64,000 bases of DNA. Origin: Eledone cirrhosa. Lineage: Eukaryota. Within the stretch, counting starts at the first letter, position 1. Each line of letters begins with the position of its first letter. Of the stretch, positions 38,976 through 51,003 are shown in pieces. Location of the stretch: NCBI GenBank assembly GCA_964016885.1, contig OZ024742.1:320354001-320418000 (forward strand), written 5' to 3'. The notes under the pieces were generated by a model. The model made no database searches. It was not told the origin of the DNA and was given only the letters and a program-made list of their open reading frames with translations. A program made the translations under genes and the position numbers.

Positions 38976-40163
38976 GTAGGGACCTGAAACTTCTGAAGAA
39001 GTCGCTGGTCACTGCATTTATATATGATGTATCTTTGGCATTTTTTAAAACCTGGCAAAGCAAATTTCCTCTCTAGGTCTGAATACAGCAGATTTCTTCC
39101 AGTGAAGGATATAGAATTAGAGAATGGAAGTAAGAAAGAGATATAGAGAAAGAATCAACCCCAGTACAAGACTGGTATTTTTTTTTTTTTTTACCTTGAA
39201 TGGATGAAAAGCAAAGTTGACCTCGGCAGAGTCGAAACGAATACCACAAAGTATTGTATCCAGCATTCTAACGACTTTGCCAATTTGCCTATATGTGCAC
39301 ATGTACCTGTGTGTGACTAATTTATTTAATTCAGAGAAATATAATATACTTCCCAAAAAATGAAGGATAAGAAACAAAGGATAATTTTCATCACGAGTAC
39401 AACAGCATTCTATTTTCACCAGAGTACAATGTTATTCAACACCTTAAACACACTGATATCCTTAATTGCTCTTTGAAAACCAGGAACTGAATATCAATTG
39501 TCTATCAGATGTTTCCCCAACAAAAGTTTGTTGTATTAATTCATAAGGCTATGAATAATGACTGTTGTATTTAGCAACTAACATCAGTGATTAGTTGATG
39601 ACATCAGCTTCTTTTTCTCTACTTTCATCATTATCAGACAATAAAATTATCTCCCTTCTTCAGTGATACCCATAGGGGCATTATGATTATCTCTATGTGG
39701 GTAATTGTGCAACCACACAATAGTTCCACTACCTACATAGGTAGTGAAACCGTTGTTATCAAGCAGACTTACAGTCAAAGGCATTTCAGACATAACAAAA
39801 AGCACCCTGTCCACTGTATAAGGTGGTAATACTGGTACCATGAAAGAAGCTCCCTGTCAATACTTAGGAAGGACATCCAACTATAGACAACCAAGTCAAG
39901 AAAATGTATGAACAAGATGTGGTTACCTAACCTGTCTAGCCTCATAACATGACAGCCCATCTAACCCATGGAAGCATGGAAAATAGACATTAAATGGCAA
40001 TGATGATACAGTCTTTTTGAAGAGGATACATTTAGTAATGTAGGTTGTGATTTGAGAGACTTGGCTGCTATTTCTAGTAAGTGGAGTGATTATGTAGAGG
40101 CTTCTCTTGTTGGTTAATATTGTTCGTAGTAGTGAGGGTCATGATTGTCAGGTGATTTAATAG

Positions 40164-40464
<301 letters not shown>

Positions 40465-40579
40465 GAAATGTTGGTTTGCCTTTGAAGTCATGACTAAAGA
40501 GATTTTTTTAAATGGCTTAATGCTTTTCCTGCTAACAAAAACTGAGGCATCACTCCGAGTTTTCTTCAATTTAACCCTT

Positions 40580-42903
40580 TGGAACAATAAGGTAGATGAG
40601 GCAGTTAAGGCCAAGAGATAGGCATGGAAAGAATGGAAGAACGGGGGAAGCAGGGTACATTGCATAGAGACCAAGAGGGAAGCTAGGCGACAAGTATACT
40701 TAGCTAGGAGGGAAGCAGAGGGTAGAAAATTCAAGCATGTTTTGCAACATGAGGACCAGAAACAGGAGGTGTTCAAGATTGCGAGGCAGTGTGTCAGAGA
40801 GAATTGTGATGTCATTGGAGAGAAATGTATCCGGAATGATAAAGGTGAGCTTGCCCTCACAAGTGCTGAGAAGAAAGATGCATGGAAGAGCCATTATGAT
40901 AGATTACTAAATGAGGAGAATGCATGGGAAGAAGAGACCCTACCCCAAGTAGACCCTATAGAGGGGCCAGCAGTACAAGTCAGCAGCAGCGTAGTAAGTA
41001 AGACAATCAAAGATATGAAGATGGGGAAAGCAACCAGTCCATCGGGTATAGCTGCCGAGATGCTGAAGGCATCTGGGTCTGTAGGTCACACTATAACCAC
41101 ACGTATTGTTAACCAGGTAATACTAGGTGTCATACCAAAAGATTGGTGCAGTAGCATCATTGTCAACTGCTACAAAGGTAAAGGTGATGCACTCGATAGA
41201 GGAAACTTTAGAGGTATAAAGCTGATGGACCAGGCCATGAAAGTAACAGAAAGAGTTATAGCACAGTTGATTAGGGACCGGGTGAAACTAGATGAGATGC
41301 AATTTGGGTTTGTACCAGGAAGAGGCACCACTGATGCCCTCTTCCTTGTGAGGCAGTTACAGGAAAAGTACCTAGCTAAAAGTAAGCCACTCTACCTGGC
41401 ATTCATCGATCTCGAGAAAGCCTTTGACAGAGTTCCACCTGCTATAATCTGGTGGGCTCTTAGAAAACTAGGAGTAGATGAATGGCTTGTGAAAGCTGTA
41501 CAAGCCATGTATAGGGGAGCAGTCAGCAAAGAGTATAGCGAGGAATTTAGCGTACAGGTTGGTGTCCACCAGGGCTCTGTTCTTAGCCCTCTCCTGTTCA
41601 TCATAGTCCTGCAGGCAATAACGGAGAAGTTTAAGACCGGATGCCCATGGAAACTCCTGTATGCTGATGACTTGGCACTTATAGCTGAATCTATGGTAGA
41701 ACTAGAGAAGAAATTCCAAACTTGGAAGCAGGGACTAGAAAGAAAGAGTCTCAAAGTCAACCTGACAAAGACTAAGGTCCTTGTAAGTAGAAAACAGAAC
41801 CCAGATCCCCTCAGGGAAATGGCCTTGCTCAGTATGTAGGAAAGGTGTAGGTAGGAACTCCATTCTCTGCCCCAAATGCAAACAATGGGTACACAAGAGA
41901 TGTAGCAGGATCTCAGGAAGCTTAATTAAGAATGTAGGCTTCACATGCAGCAGCTGTGCTGGGACAGCAAGCAGCAAACAGCCACAGGAAACAAGTACCA
42001 CCAGTCTCTGGGAGGGCTCTGTAGAAACAGTAGACAGCTTCTGCTACCTAGGTGACCGAATTAGCAGTGGAGGTGGGTGTTCAGAAAGTACAATAACTAG
42101 GGTAAGAACGGAATGGAAGAAGTTCAGGGAACTACTGCCACTGCTAGCTGCAAAAGGCTTTTCCCTCAAAATGAAAGGCAGACTGTATGATGCATGTATA
42201 CGACCAGCAATGTGGGCGCTGAAGGTGGAAGACTTACGTAGATTAGAAAGAAATGAAGCCTGCATGATCTGATGGATGTGTAATAGTAATATATGCGAAT
42301 GGCAAAGCATAAATGAATTGAGAGAGAGAATGAGCATAAGAGGAATCAAATGCTGTGTGCAGGAGAGGAGATTGCGTTGGTATGGACATGTGATGCGTAT
42401 GAAGGATGACAGCTACATAAAAAGGTGTAGAGCACTAGAAGTCAATGGAAACTGCTGAGTGGGGAGACCCAAGAAGACCTGGGATGAGGTGATAAAAGCC
42501 GACCTTACCCAATTACACCTCTCAAAGGCGATGACACATGACCGTGACCTCTGGCGTTACGCAGTAATACAGAGTACCCGACCTCCCATGGGTACAAGCT
42601 GAAGCATATAGAAAATATTCCCCCACACCCTCCCACTGCAAAGTGGTCGTGGAGGTGCCATGGCAAAAAAGCACCCAGCCCACACTGTAAAGTGGACGTG
42701 TAGGCGCCACGGGAAAAAAAGCACCCAGCACTCACTGTAAATGAGGTTGGTGTTAGGAAGGGCATCCAGCTGTAGAAATCAAGCCAAATCAGTTCCTGTA
42801 TGAGCAAGGCATGGTCAGCCGACCAGACACTGCCCACAACAGGACAACCTGTCTAGCCCATGCTAGCATGGAAGAACAGATGTAAAACGGTGATGATGAT
42901 GAT
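40580..42903 (+). mobile_element. 5'-truncated RTE-clade LINE (RT and PHD-like C-terminal insert)
   Basis: ORF 40742-41839 with YADD, then WPCSVCRKGVGRNSILCPKCKQWVHKRC, RRLRWYGHV, a 3' UTR and a (GAT)n tail. Closely similar to 9440-11281. Confidence 0.95.
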
Positions 42904-43859
42904 ACCAAACACGAGACCAGTTCTAACCAGGTAAGAATAAAGTTTTACATTGGATCAAACATGTAACACCTTTTCAGTTATTTTACATATAACATACCAC
43001 AGCAAACCCACAATAAGATTTATTATCTTCCTCGCCATTGCCTCCTCCCCCCATCTTATCTGGGGAAATAACAGGAGTTCAAACCGTCACTCAGAGCTGA
43101 TTTGTTGATAGTAAAAAGCCACACACTCCCTCTCCATACCTCTTTCACGATTTTATATAATGGCTTAAGGGTGTTGGATTAATAGATCATTAGATTATTT
43201 GACAAAATGCTTTACAGTGTTTTTTCTAGCTCTTTATATTTCGAGCTCAAATTCCACCAATGTCAACTTCGCCTTTCATATTGCCAGGATTGATAAAATA
43301 TGTATCAATCAAGCAAGCACTAGGGGCAATACAATCGAACATCTTACCCCTACCAAATTACTGACTGTGCCTAAATTAAAAACCAAATTTGTTCATTGCA
43401 AGCATTTAGGTCGTTGGTCTGAGAATGTCTTTCTCCTTTCCTTCCATCAGTTTTGGGTCATGTAAAAGATTATGGATGCTGCCTTTCATCTTTGACTAAA
43501 CTATAATAATAGTCGTTTCTGATTTAAGCATAAGTAAATCGACCCCAGTAAGTAACTGGTAATTTATTTTATCGAGCGAGTTTTTGCTAATTATATTTAA
43601 GTATACAGTAGCATATTTTGGAATATTTTTATAGCTAGCTACCACTAACTATGGCTAACAGCATTAATGGGCTTTGTATAAGAGAATACAATGAATTATA
43701 TCAAATGAAACTTTATGAAGAGTTGCTATTAAAGTACATGTTATTTTTTTTTATGAGAGTTTTTGTCATAACTGAGCTGATCAAATGAATTTGAAAGTGC
43801 AAACTGTTCGAGCAATATGAAACAATACTTCATTTAACACATTTCAAATAAAATCCTTT

Positions 43860-44480
43860 GTCAAACATACAGGTTCCACCATGAAGATGGATAAAGCTTT
43901 ACTACAGTGAAGAGAACTGGGTTTTTCAGTTCCCGAATCTGATGACGATAGATGGAAGCTGAGAGTATGGGACAATCTGCATTCAAGCGAAACTTAATTC
44001 TCTCTTTGATCATTCTGATCAATTTTTTAGGAGCTGCTTACTTTCTGCAAGTGCAAAGATCTCAGGGGACTGGATTGATGCCCTGTCGATAGCCAATATT
44101 GGTGGACTTCTCAGTCAGGATGAGCTAAGTGCCTCCATTGAACTTAGAGTGATAACCGATGCCTGATGTCACTGTGGTTTGTCCTGCTGCCTAAATGCTG
44201 GTCGCTTCGTCCGCCACAATCAGTGATTCTTCCCACATCATGGATGCCGCGGTAAATATGAGGATCACTGCTTCCATTGCCAAACGGAATAAAATCCGAA
44301 AATACTGGGAACAATCAATTATTTTTCTAGCCTGTGGCGTTCCAGACGTTTGGGAGAGTTGGTTCGTTGAAAGCAAAGTTTCTGTCATCATTGGCGTTTC
44401 GCCTTACTGAGGTATCAGGTATTGCCCATGAGGGTGCCTGGTTGTTTTAGCGCCTTAACCTCGCCATCACTCATGGCAAT
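43860..44480 (+). mobile_element. Degenerate CRE-like (REL-endonuclease) non-LTR fragment
   Basis: Manual translation LLSASAKDSGDWIDALSIANIGGLLSQDEL...CGLSCCLNAGRFVRHNQ...ASIAKRNKIRKY...PVAFQTFG, with frameshifts. Confidence 0.7.
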
Positions 44481-44597
44481 GATGCGAACCTATTGGCTTG
44501 CCTCTAAAGTTTCCGTTGACCCTTATGATGTGTGGCCGATTGTCGCACTTGTTGGTGAATTGATGGTCGTTTTTGTTCCCCCCTCTTTTTTTTTTAC

Positions 44598-44950
44598 CTT
44601 CTCTCGCTCTGATCGTATATTTTGGTACATCATATTTGCGAGGTATTTATTATGTGCTTATATTTTCATTCTGAAAGAATTGCAAACAATTTGTAATGTT
44701 ATTTATACAACTATGAATAACATTAAATTTATAATCTAAACTATAATAAAGTTAAGAGTGCGGGACTGCGTGCAGAATATATTTTTTTATCCTGTTTGTA
44801 AAATAAGTTGGATTACTTTGAATAAATAATGAATGAATATTACATAATTTATCTGCTAAATTTCGTTATTCTTGATTAAATATAAATAATTTTGTGGCTT
44901 ATTTTAAGATTCACTTTTCAAATTTTCAAATGTCAACACTTCCGGTTAGT
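44598..44950 (-). promoter_or_regulatory. Candidate mucolipin promoter and non-coding first exon
   Basis: Minus-strand donor AAG|GTAAA at 44597 and an ETS-type CCGGAAGTG at 44937-44945. It lies just beyond the point where CpG depletion ends. Inference only. Confidence 0.3.
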
Positions 44951-45229
44951 GATCGCTTAAATAAACATTCATATATTTCCGTCACTAATTTTCTCCTAAT
45001 GCAGTTTATATATAATATCGTCTTTTTTTTAATGTATCATGGATTACGTTACTGATTACATAAGACAATGTAACGCAGTCTTCATTCAATTTCTGTGTAT
45101 ATTGTCAATTACGATTTTATTTGATGTATCATATCTACATGCATATATACCTGCGTATAATATCAATATGCACACTACACATGCTAGCAGAAAACCACCC
45201 GATGGTGGTTTTTCTGCTAGTATATATAA

Positions 45230-45257
45230 TGAGAGAGAGAGAAAGAGAGAGAGAGAA

Positions 45258-45304
<47 letters not shown>

Positions 45305-45389
45305 AAGAGAGAGGGGGGAGAGAGAGAGAGGGGGGAGAAAGAGAGAGAGGGGAGAAAGAGAGAGAGAGGGGAGAAAGAGAGAGAGAGGG

Positions 45390-45426
<37 letters not shown>
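45230..45426. repeat. (AG)n-rich microsatellite
   Basis: Read directly from the sequence. Confidence 0.97.
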
Positions 45427-45427
<1 letters not shown>

Positions 45428-48169
45428 ACATACACTATAGTAGTGATGGGGGGGACAAGAAAATATAATTTCCTTAAGAGAATAAGAGAACAAGAGAAGC
45501 TGGTATTTCAATTAAATACACATAAACGGACTAAACAACACTGGGAAAATATTTTGGTTTTTCGAAACATGACGGGACATCTTTCTCATCTCAACTCTCG
45601 GATTCTGGGAGGGTTGGTGGTTGTTGTTGACCCACAAGTTAGCTCTAAGGCAAACACATGCTCAATACATCCAAATAATACGATAGGGTTTGATTTCACT
45701 GCGAAATATAACACGTTAATTGAGGCTCCATGGGATGGTTGTCTAGGGAATTAGCTGTTAGAACGTCGGATACTGATAAACTTACAGGAGAGAAATCACA
45801 ATCATCACATTGATATAAATATGGTATTGAGTTCTTGAGTTTGTATTATCACGATGAAGGCTAGCTGGAGTATCGCGAACACACGCACATGTAATCTGTA
45901 AGCGTGACAGTACAATATAATTAAGTTTCAGAATATGTATAACACACGTTTACAGTAAAAATGATTAAGTTCCTGCCGGTTGTTGCGTACTCCAAAACAG
46001 AGAGGAAGAGAAAATTGATATTTCAGAAAAAAATTTTTTTTCCAGAATTCTTAATCTCCGATTATAAAAACAGTACAGGTCCGAAGAAATTTACGAGCAT
46101 GGAGTGATTATTCCAAAACTTCGCTGTAATTGTCTGTTTTGTTATGTACCTTGCGAACGAGACCGGTTTTCAAAGGAAAACCAGTCGTGACTATTTTTTC
46201 CTTTATCTAATACCGTCCGCTCTTTATTTTAATTCGTATAATGTGATTTCAGTGGAATTTGGCTGACATTTCTAGCAGGTCATGTGACCATCTAGAGAGG
46301 CACCCTAAAATGGGTTATGTGCTGTTAAATCAAAAGAAGAAACAAGTTAAACAAGCTCTCGGTTACATTTCCGATTTTCAGTGCAAGCTATTTCACTTAT
46401 ATTGAAGATACACTTAAATATATGAATGACTTCTCACCTAAAATATGAAATCGTTATGTTTAGTATAAATTAGGGGGGAAAGAAAAACTCTGTTCAGGAC
46501 TATAAGTGTCTCGCTGGTTGCTTCTCACTATTCTTGTGTTTGTTGACGTTTAGTATTAAATCAGAATAGATAGCGTATTTCAACAGTGACCACCCGTCTA
46601 TAAACGGCATTATCTAATGTGACTTTCCTTATTTAAGAAAGTGTTTCGAGGGAGACCTAACTGCTATATGTAGTAGTGTTGGTGTAATCTCGTAGAGGTT
46701 CCCTCGTATTCATATCCTACTATACACACTTTATCCCCCGACGATTAATTCAATATAGAATGAAATTACTATAAACAACCAAGAGAGAAAGAGAAAAAGA
46801 GAGAGTGTGCGCGTATATATATACAAAGCTGCGATTCGATAATTTGAGCTTTTATAAATGCTTATATATAGGCTAATTAAATGACCAGTAAAACTATTAT
46901 TCAACGTAGTACTATTCCATACTTTAAGGAAAATAGAAGGTAGATATTATTTAATGTTATATATATGTCATTTTTGAACACTTAGAGACAGATAGTGTAT
47001 GTAGGAATAGAAGGAAAGAATGGGTTAGGAGAGAAAATGATAAACAAAGACCAGGTGGTTGAATGGAAAGAAAAACAATGAGAAACAAAGAAAACTGGTT
47101 GATGTTAGCATAATACAAAGGCATAAAGTAATAAATTATTTCCTCTTATCAACTAACGAATAATAATAATAAAGGAAATGCTTTCTTGCCTATAGATAAC
47201 TCCAGAGATTATTTACAAAACAGAAAATGCGATGTTAAGTGCATGGCATTTTTCTATAACATTTAATATACAATTACATCTCTCTCATATATATATATAT
47301 ATAGAGAGAGATTCCGTATCAAATATTTCAATATTGTTTATCCGTAGAAAAAGATTAAACCAAATAAAACGATGGCTTTCACTCTCACACACACGGTGTT
47401 TCTCTCTTACTTTCTGTATCAATTACTGGTAGTTAAGAAAATCTACATACCAGACAGGTTGGTTGGAATAAATGGCAAGCAACTACGCCCCAGTGTTCTG
47501 ATTGATATCCAGAAGTGGTAGTCGAGTTAGTAAAGATATTGAGAGTGGTGGGCTGGTAGTTGACGATGTAGGCAAAAGTGAGACATACACACATACATAC
47601 CCCAAACCCATCGGCCGCTGAATGCTCACCCAACACGATTTGTTTTGAGTCATCTACGTGAAGTCTCGTGACTTCGCACCACTATCAAAACAACAACGAC
47701 CACTTACCTCTTCTATGACGCTACTACGCCACCTACAAAAAATTGCCACTACAACAGTGGTTCCCAAACTTTTCTTTATCAAAGACCAGAGTTGTATTAT
47801 TTACAAGGCCCTCTAAACTGAAGCTTGTGGTGGGTCCGTCAATTCTTTTGCTGTTCAGAGGTAAAATACCTGAAAACCTAAGAGACCAGCTATAGGTTAA
47901 TCGCCCCCTTTTATTTAAATAAATTTTCCCACTAACTCCCTCTCCCACAGCTTTAATTACTTCCCCTACCAGATTACCATGGAGTGATTAATAATAACAG
48001 AAAGAAAAATATAGAGAAAAATGAGCACCCGAATGAATCGGGTCTTTAAAACCGCCTAATGAAAACAATGGACACATTTCAGTTCTATTAAATCACGAGT
48101 GATAAATATAGCTAACGATGGTTCTACATAATAAATACAAATGCAGTAGGGTTTTACATATGTAATATA

Positions 48170-49130
48170 CGTTTCTTTATTAGCCACAGGGGCACAAAAG
48201 AAGGGGACAAATACAAAGGGGGAAGTTTACATACAATAAAAACGCGTAAAATATTATCACAAATGCAATTTAAAAATTACTCGATTTTTCCCAATAGGGG
48301 GAGACAGTTCATATGAGTAACACATACCCTCGAAAAAATGTGCAGCCCTCATCTCCAGGAGTACGAAGAGTTTGTACTCCTTTCCTCTCCTCCTCCTTTT
48401 CCTCAACCTACAGGCTGATATAGAGAGAAGGCCCATTCACTCGGGCCATTCTCGCCAATTTCACCCACCTTTCATAAAACTTGCTGGGGTATAGCACCTC
48501 TCTCTCCATCCTGATTCTTCTTCCAAAGTGGTATTTGAAAAAAAGAATCAGTTGTTGGCCGGAGAGAAAGGTGTCTGACCTCAGCCCTTTCAACCTTGTC
48601 CACCATACAACCTCTTTCGCCATAGCTATCACACGAAGGAAAACCGCCTCTCCTTCGTTTTTGAAGGAGGGTGGCGGTTTGATCATGACAATGGACTCGG
48701 TGGTCAACCGGATTGGTCCCACCCGCGACAATAGTCGTTCTACATAGCCCCACAGGTCGATGACGCCCGGGCAGTGTGTGAATGCGTGCGCGACGGTTTC
48801 TTCGTCTCGCACGCACCTCGGACAGATTTTTTTGCAGGGTCCCTGCCCGGGCGCCCGGGCGCCCATGTCTGTAGAGCTTGTCTGGAACTGGTAGAGCTCC
48901 TCGGTAGCACTGCCAGGCCAGAGACTTTTGGAAGTTGTCCATCGGTCCCGGGCGGAAGGTCCTACCGAACAGACTGGCCAGTTCATCTTCCTCTACGCCT
49001 AGAGTTTCACCGAGCGCGTCGCCGCACTTGCTGCGGATCAACCCTCTATAGAATGACGAAGTGGAGTCTCTACTGATCGCTGGGTCCGCCTGCCAGAGGG
49101 CTGTGAGCGCCTGAGCACATTCGATGTGCC
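48170..49130 (-). mobile_element. L1/Tx1-clade LINE 3' fragment (zf-RVT C-terminus and 3' UTR)
   Basis: QKSLAWQCYRGALPV.DKLYRHG; CPRC...EETVAHAFTHC...LW; AATAAA near the 3' end (~48175). Confidence 0.82.
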
Positions 49131-50299
49131 AGTAAGTGAGTTGAAACACTTCAAGATTAGTTATGTCATTTGAATAGAATAGACGTCGCCGGATAAGTCT
49201 ACGAAAACCGAAACATGCCTTCCGCTTTTATAAGTTAGCTTTAAAGATCAGATCTATTCTCATCAGAAGTGACTGTATTGCTAAAAGATGTTGAACAACT
49301 GAGCTTATTAGAGTTATCTACCTTGTGTGATGTTTAAATTCTGAACACTTGGAGGAAATTTGTCTAATTTCTAATAGAAGTTTTTCAACTATATGCGCGA
49401 GACCCTACCATATCCATCACTAAAGTATCCCGCTAGCTTTAAAAGGAAACAAGAAATTTAATAGTTTGTTTTCCGACATCATATCACTTGTGGCTGGGGT
49501 ATATTGGATAATGTAGTCTCGACAAAAAGATGAGATGTTCATATGACCATATGTTTCCTTTATCAAGGCCGAATTAGGACTAAATCAGCGATTCTCAAAC
49601 TAACAATCTCGCCCATCTTTTTTTTAACGAATTTAATATAACATAATATTATAATATAATTATGGTTAAACAAAAGTCATAAATGTATTAAGCACATCAA
49701 TTCTTATAACCATCCCACCCTACTCCGAACCACTGGACCAAACATCTTCGTAACAAGGTTTATTCAACTATGGCGACAGGAGAAACAGAGTAAGAAGACA
49801 AGTCTTTAAAAAATGATTTATTTCTTTAGCGAACAGATAAAAATAAGTGTGTGCCTGCCAGCGTACGAGTACGTATCTTTAGGACTAGCGAGGGATCCTC
49901 TAAACAGTCTCATCTGCTAGCAATAGCAGCCAAACCTTTTTAAAATCATAATCTTTGGTCCTAAACAAAAGAGACACATTGGCTAATGTCCTGAGTTGCC
50001 TGCATATAGAAAAAAAAAGAGACAGTCACACCTTCGACCATGGATAGTTTTGATCCGAGCTGATCTGGGGGTTAAACAATCTTAGAGAGGCGCCATATTG
50101 ACCCTTGAGGACACATCATTAAACAATTTATTTATTTTAAGAAAACATAAAAAGTAAATAGTTCATAGTTCATTGCTGGTTGTGATATTAGTGGTGATGA
50201 TGATAATGGTCCAATAGGTTCATTCAATCTTGTAAGCAGTCAGAAGTGTGTGTCTGTGTGGTGACTGATAAAATGACAAGTCAGTCAATCATATTGATG

Positions 50300-50600
50300 G
50301 CCTCCCCACAGCCCCGGCGGACAGAATGGAGAAGGCGTTTCCACGGAGAACGGCAAGAGAGACGCGCTGGAAGAGCCACTCCAACTCGCGAGGCTCACAC
50401 CTGCGGCTGGCCAGCTCAGTGCCTATGGTAGTGAGTAGGGGGGGGGGGGGTTATCCCTAGGGCTGAGGACACCAGAAGTCTCCACTGCCAAGGGTACGAC
50501 GGCAAACCTGTCGGAGAGCGACCGGTATTTGGAGAGTTTGGCCTCCTCAGCCCGACGTGCAGCAGAACCTGAGTTAGTCGCATTGTTTTCAACAGTAACA
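50300..50600 (-). mobile_element. CRE-like non-LTR C-terminal (REL) fragment
   Basis: GSAARRAEEAKLSKYRSLSDRFAVVPLAVETSG...ELEWLFQRVSLAVLRGNA. Confidence 0.8.
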
Positions 50601-51003
50601 AATTCAATTTGGATCACAATGATCTTGTATTTTATTTCAGTTTTCTAGTATGCTGTAGCTGATAAAGGCTGATTTTCTGGGGTTCAGTACTACAAACGAA
50701 TAGAATAAGCTAAACAGCAAGCAAATAAGGTGCTCTTGATCAGAGATGTAACAAGGAAAACTAGCGCCTATGGAAAACATTGAAATTGTGCCCATATAGC
50801 GAGCTATATAGTAGTTGTTAGACAATGGGATTGACAGCGCAGTTTAAATAAATGAGGATTTAAGCTATTAAACTGCATTTTCATTTGGTCTACAGGTATC
50901 CTTTACGCTTAAGTATACGTAAAGTACTGGCAAAAGTGTTAGTGTATTTAAAGGGAGTGATCTGTGTAATACAAATATTAAAACCCTATCATACTATAAG
51001 GTA

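Noticed and set aside
46278-46289. GGTCATGTGACC, a perfect M-box/CLEAR-like site
   Set aside because: It lies within a common dispersed repeat (tttggctg..atttctagcagg, also at ~29.4, 30.1, 40.1 and 49.9 kb), so it is likely a chance variant.
49185-49225. cggataagtc...ccgaaacatg, resembling a hammerhead
   Set aside because: The CUGAUGA box is broken and there are no convincing stems. CTGATGA hits near 29740 and 55692 also lack a paired GAAA.
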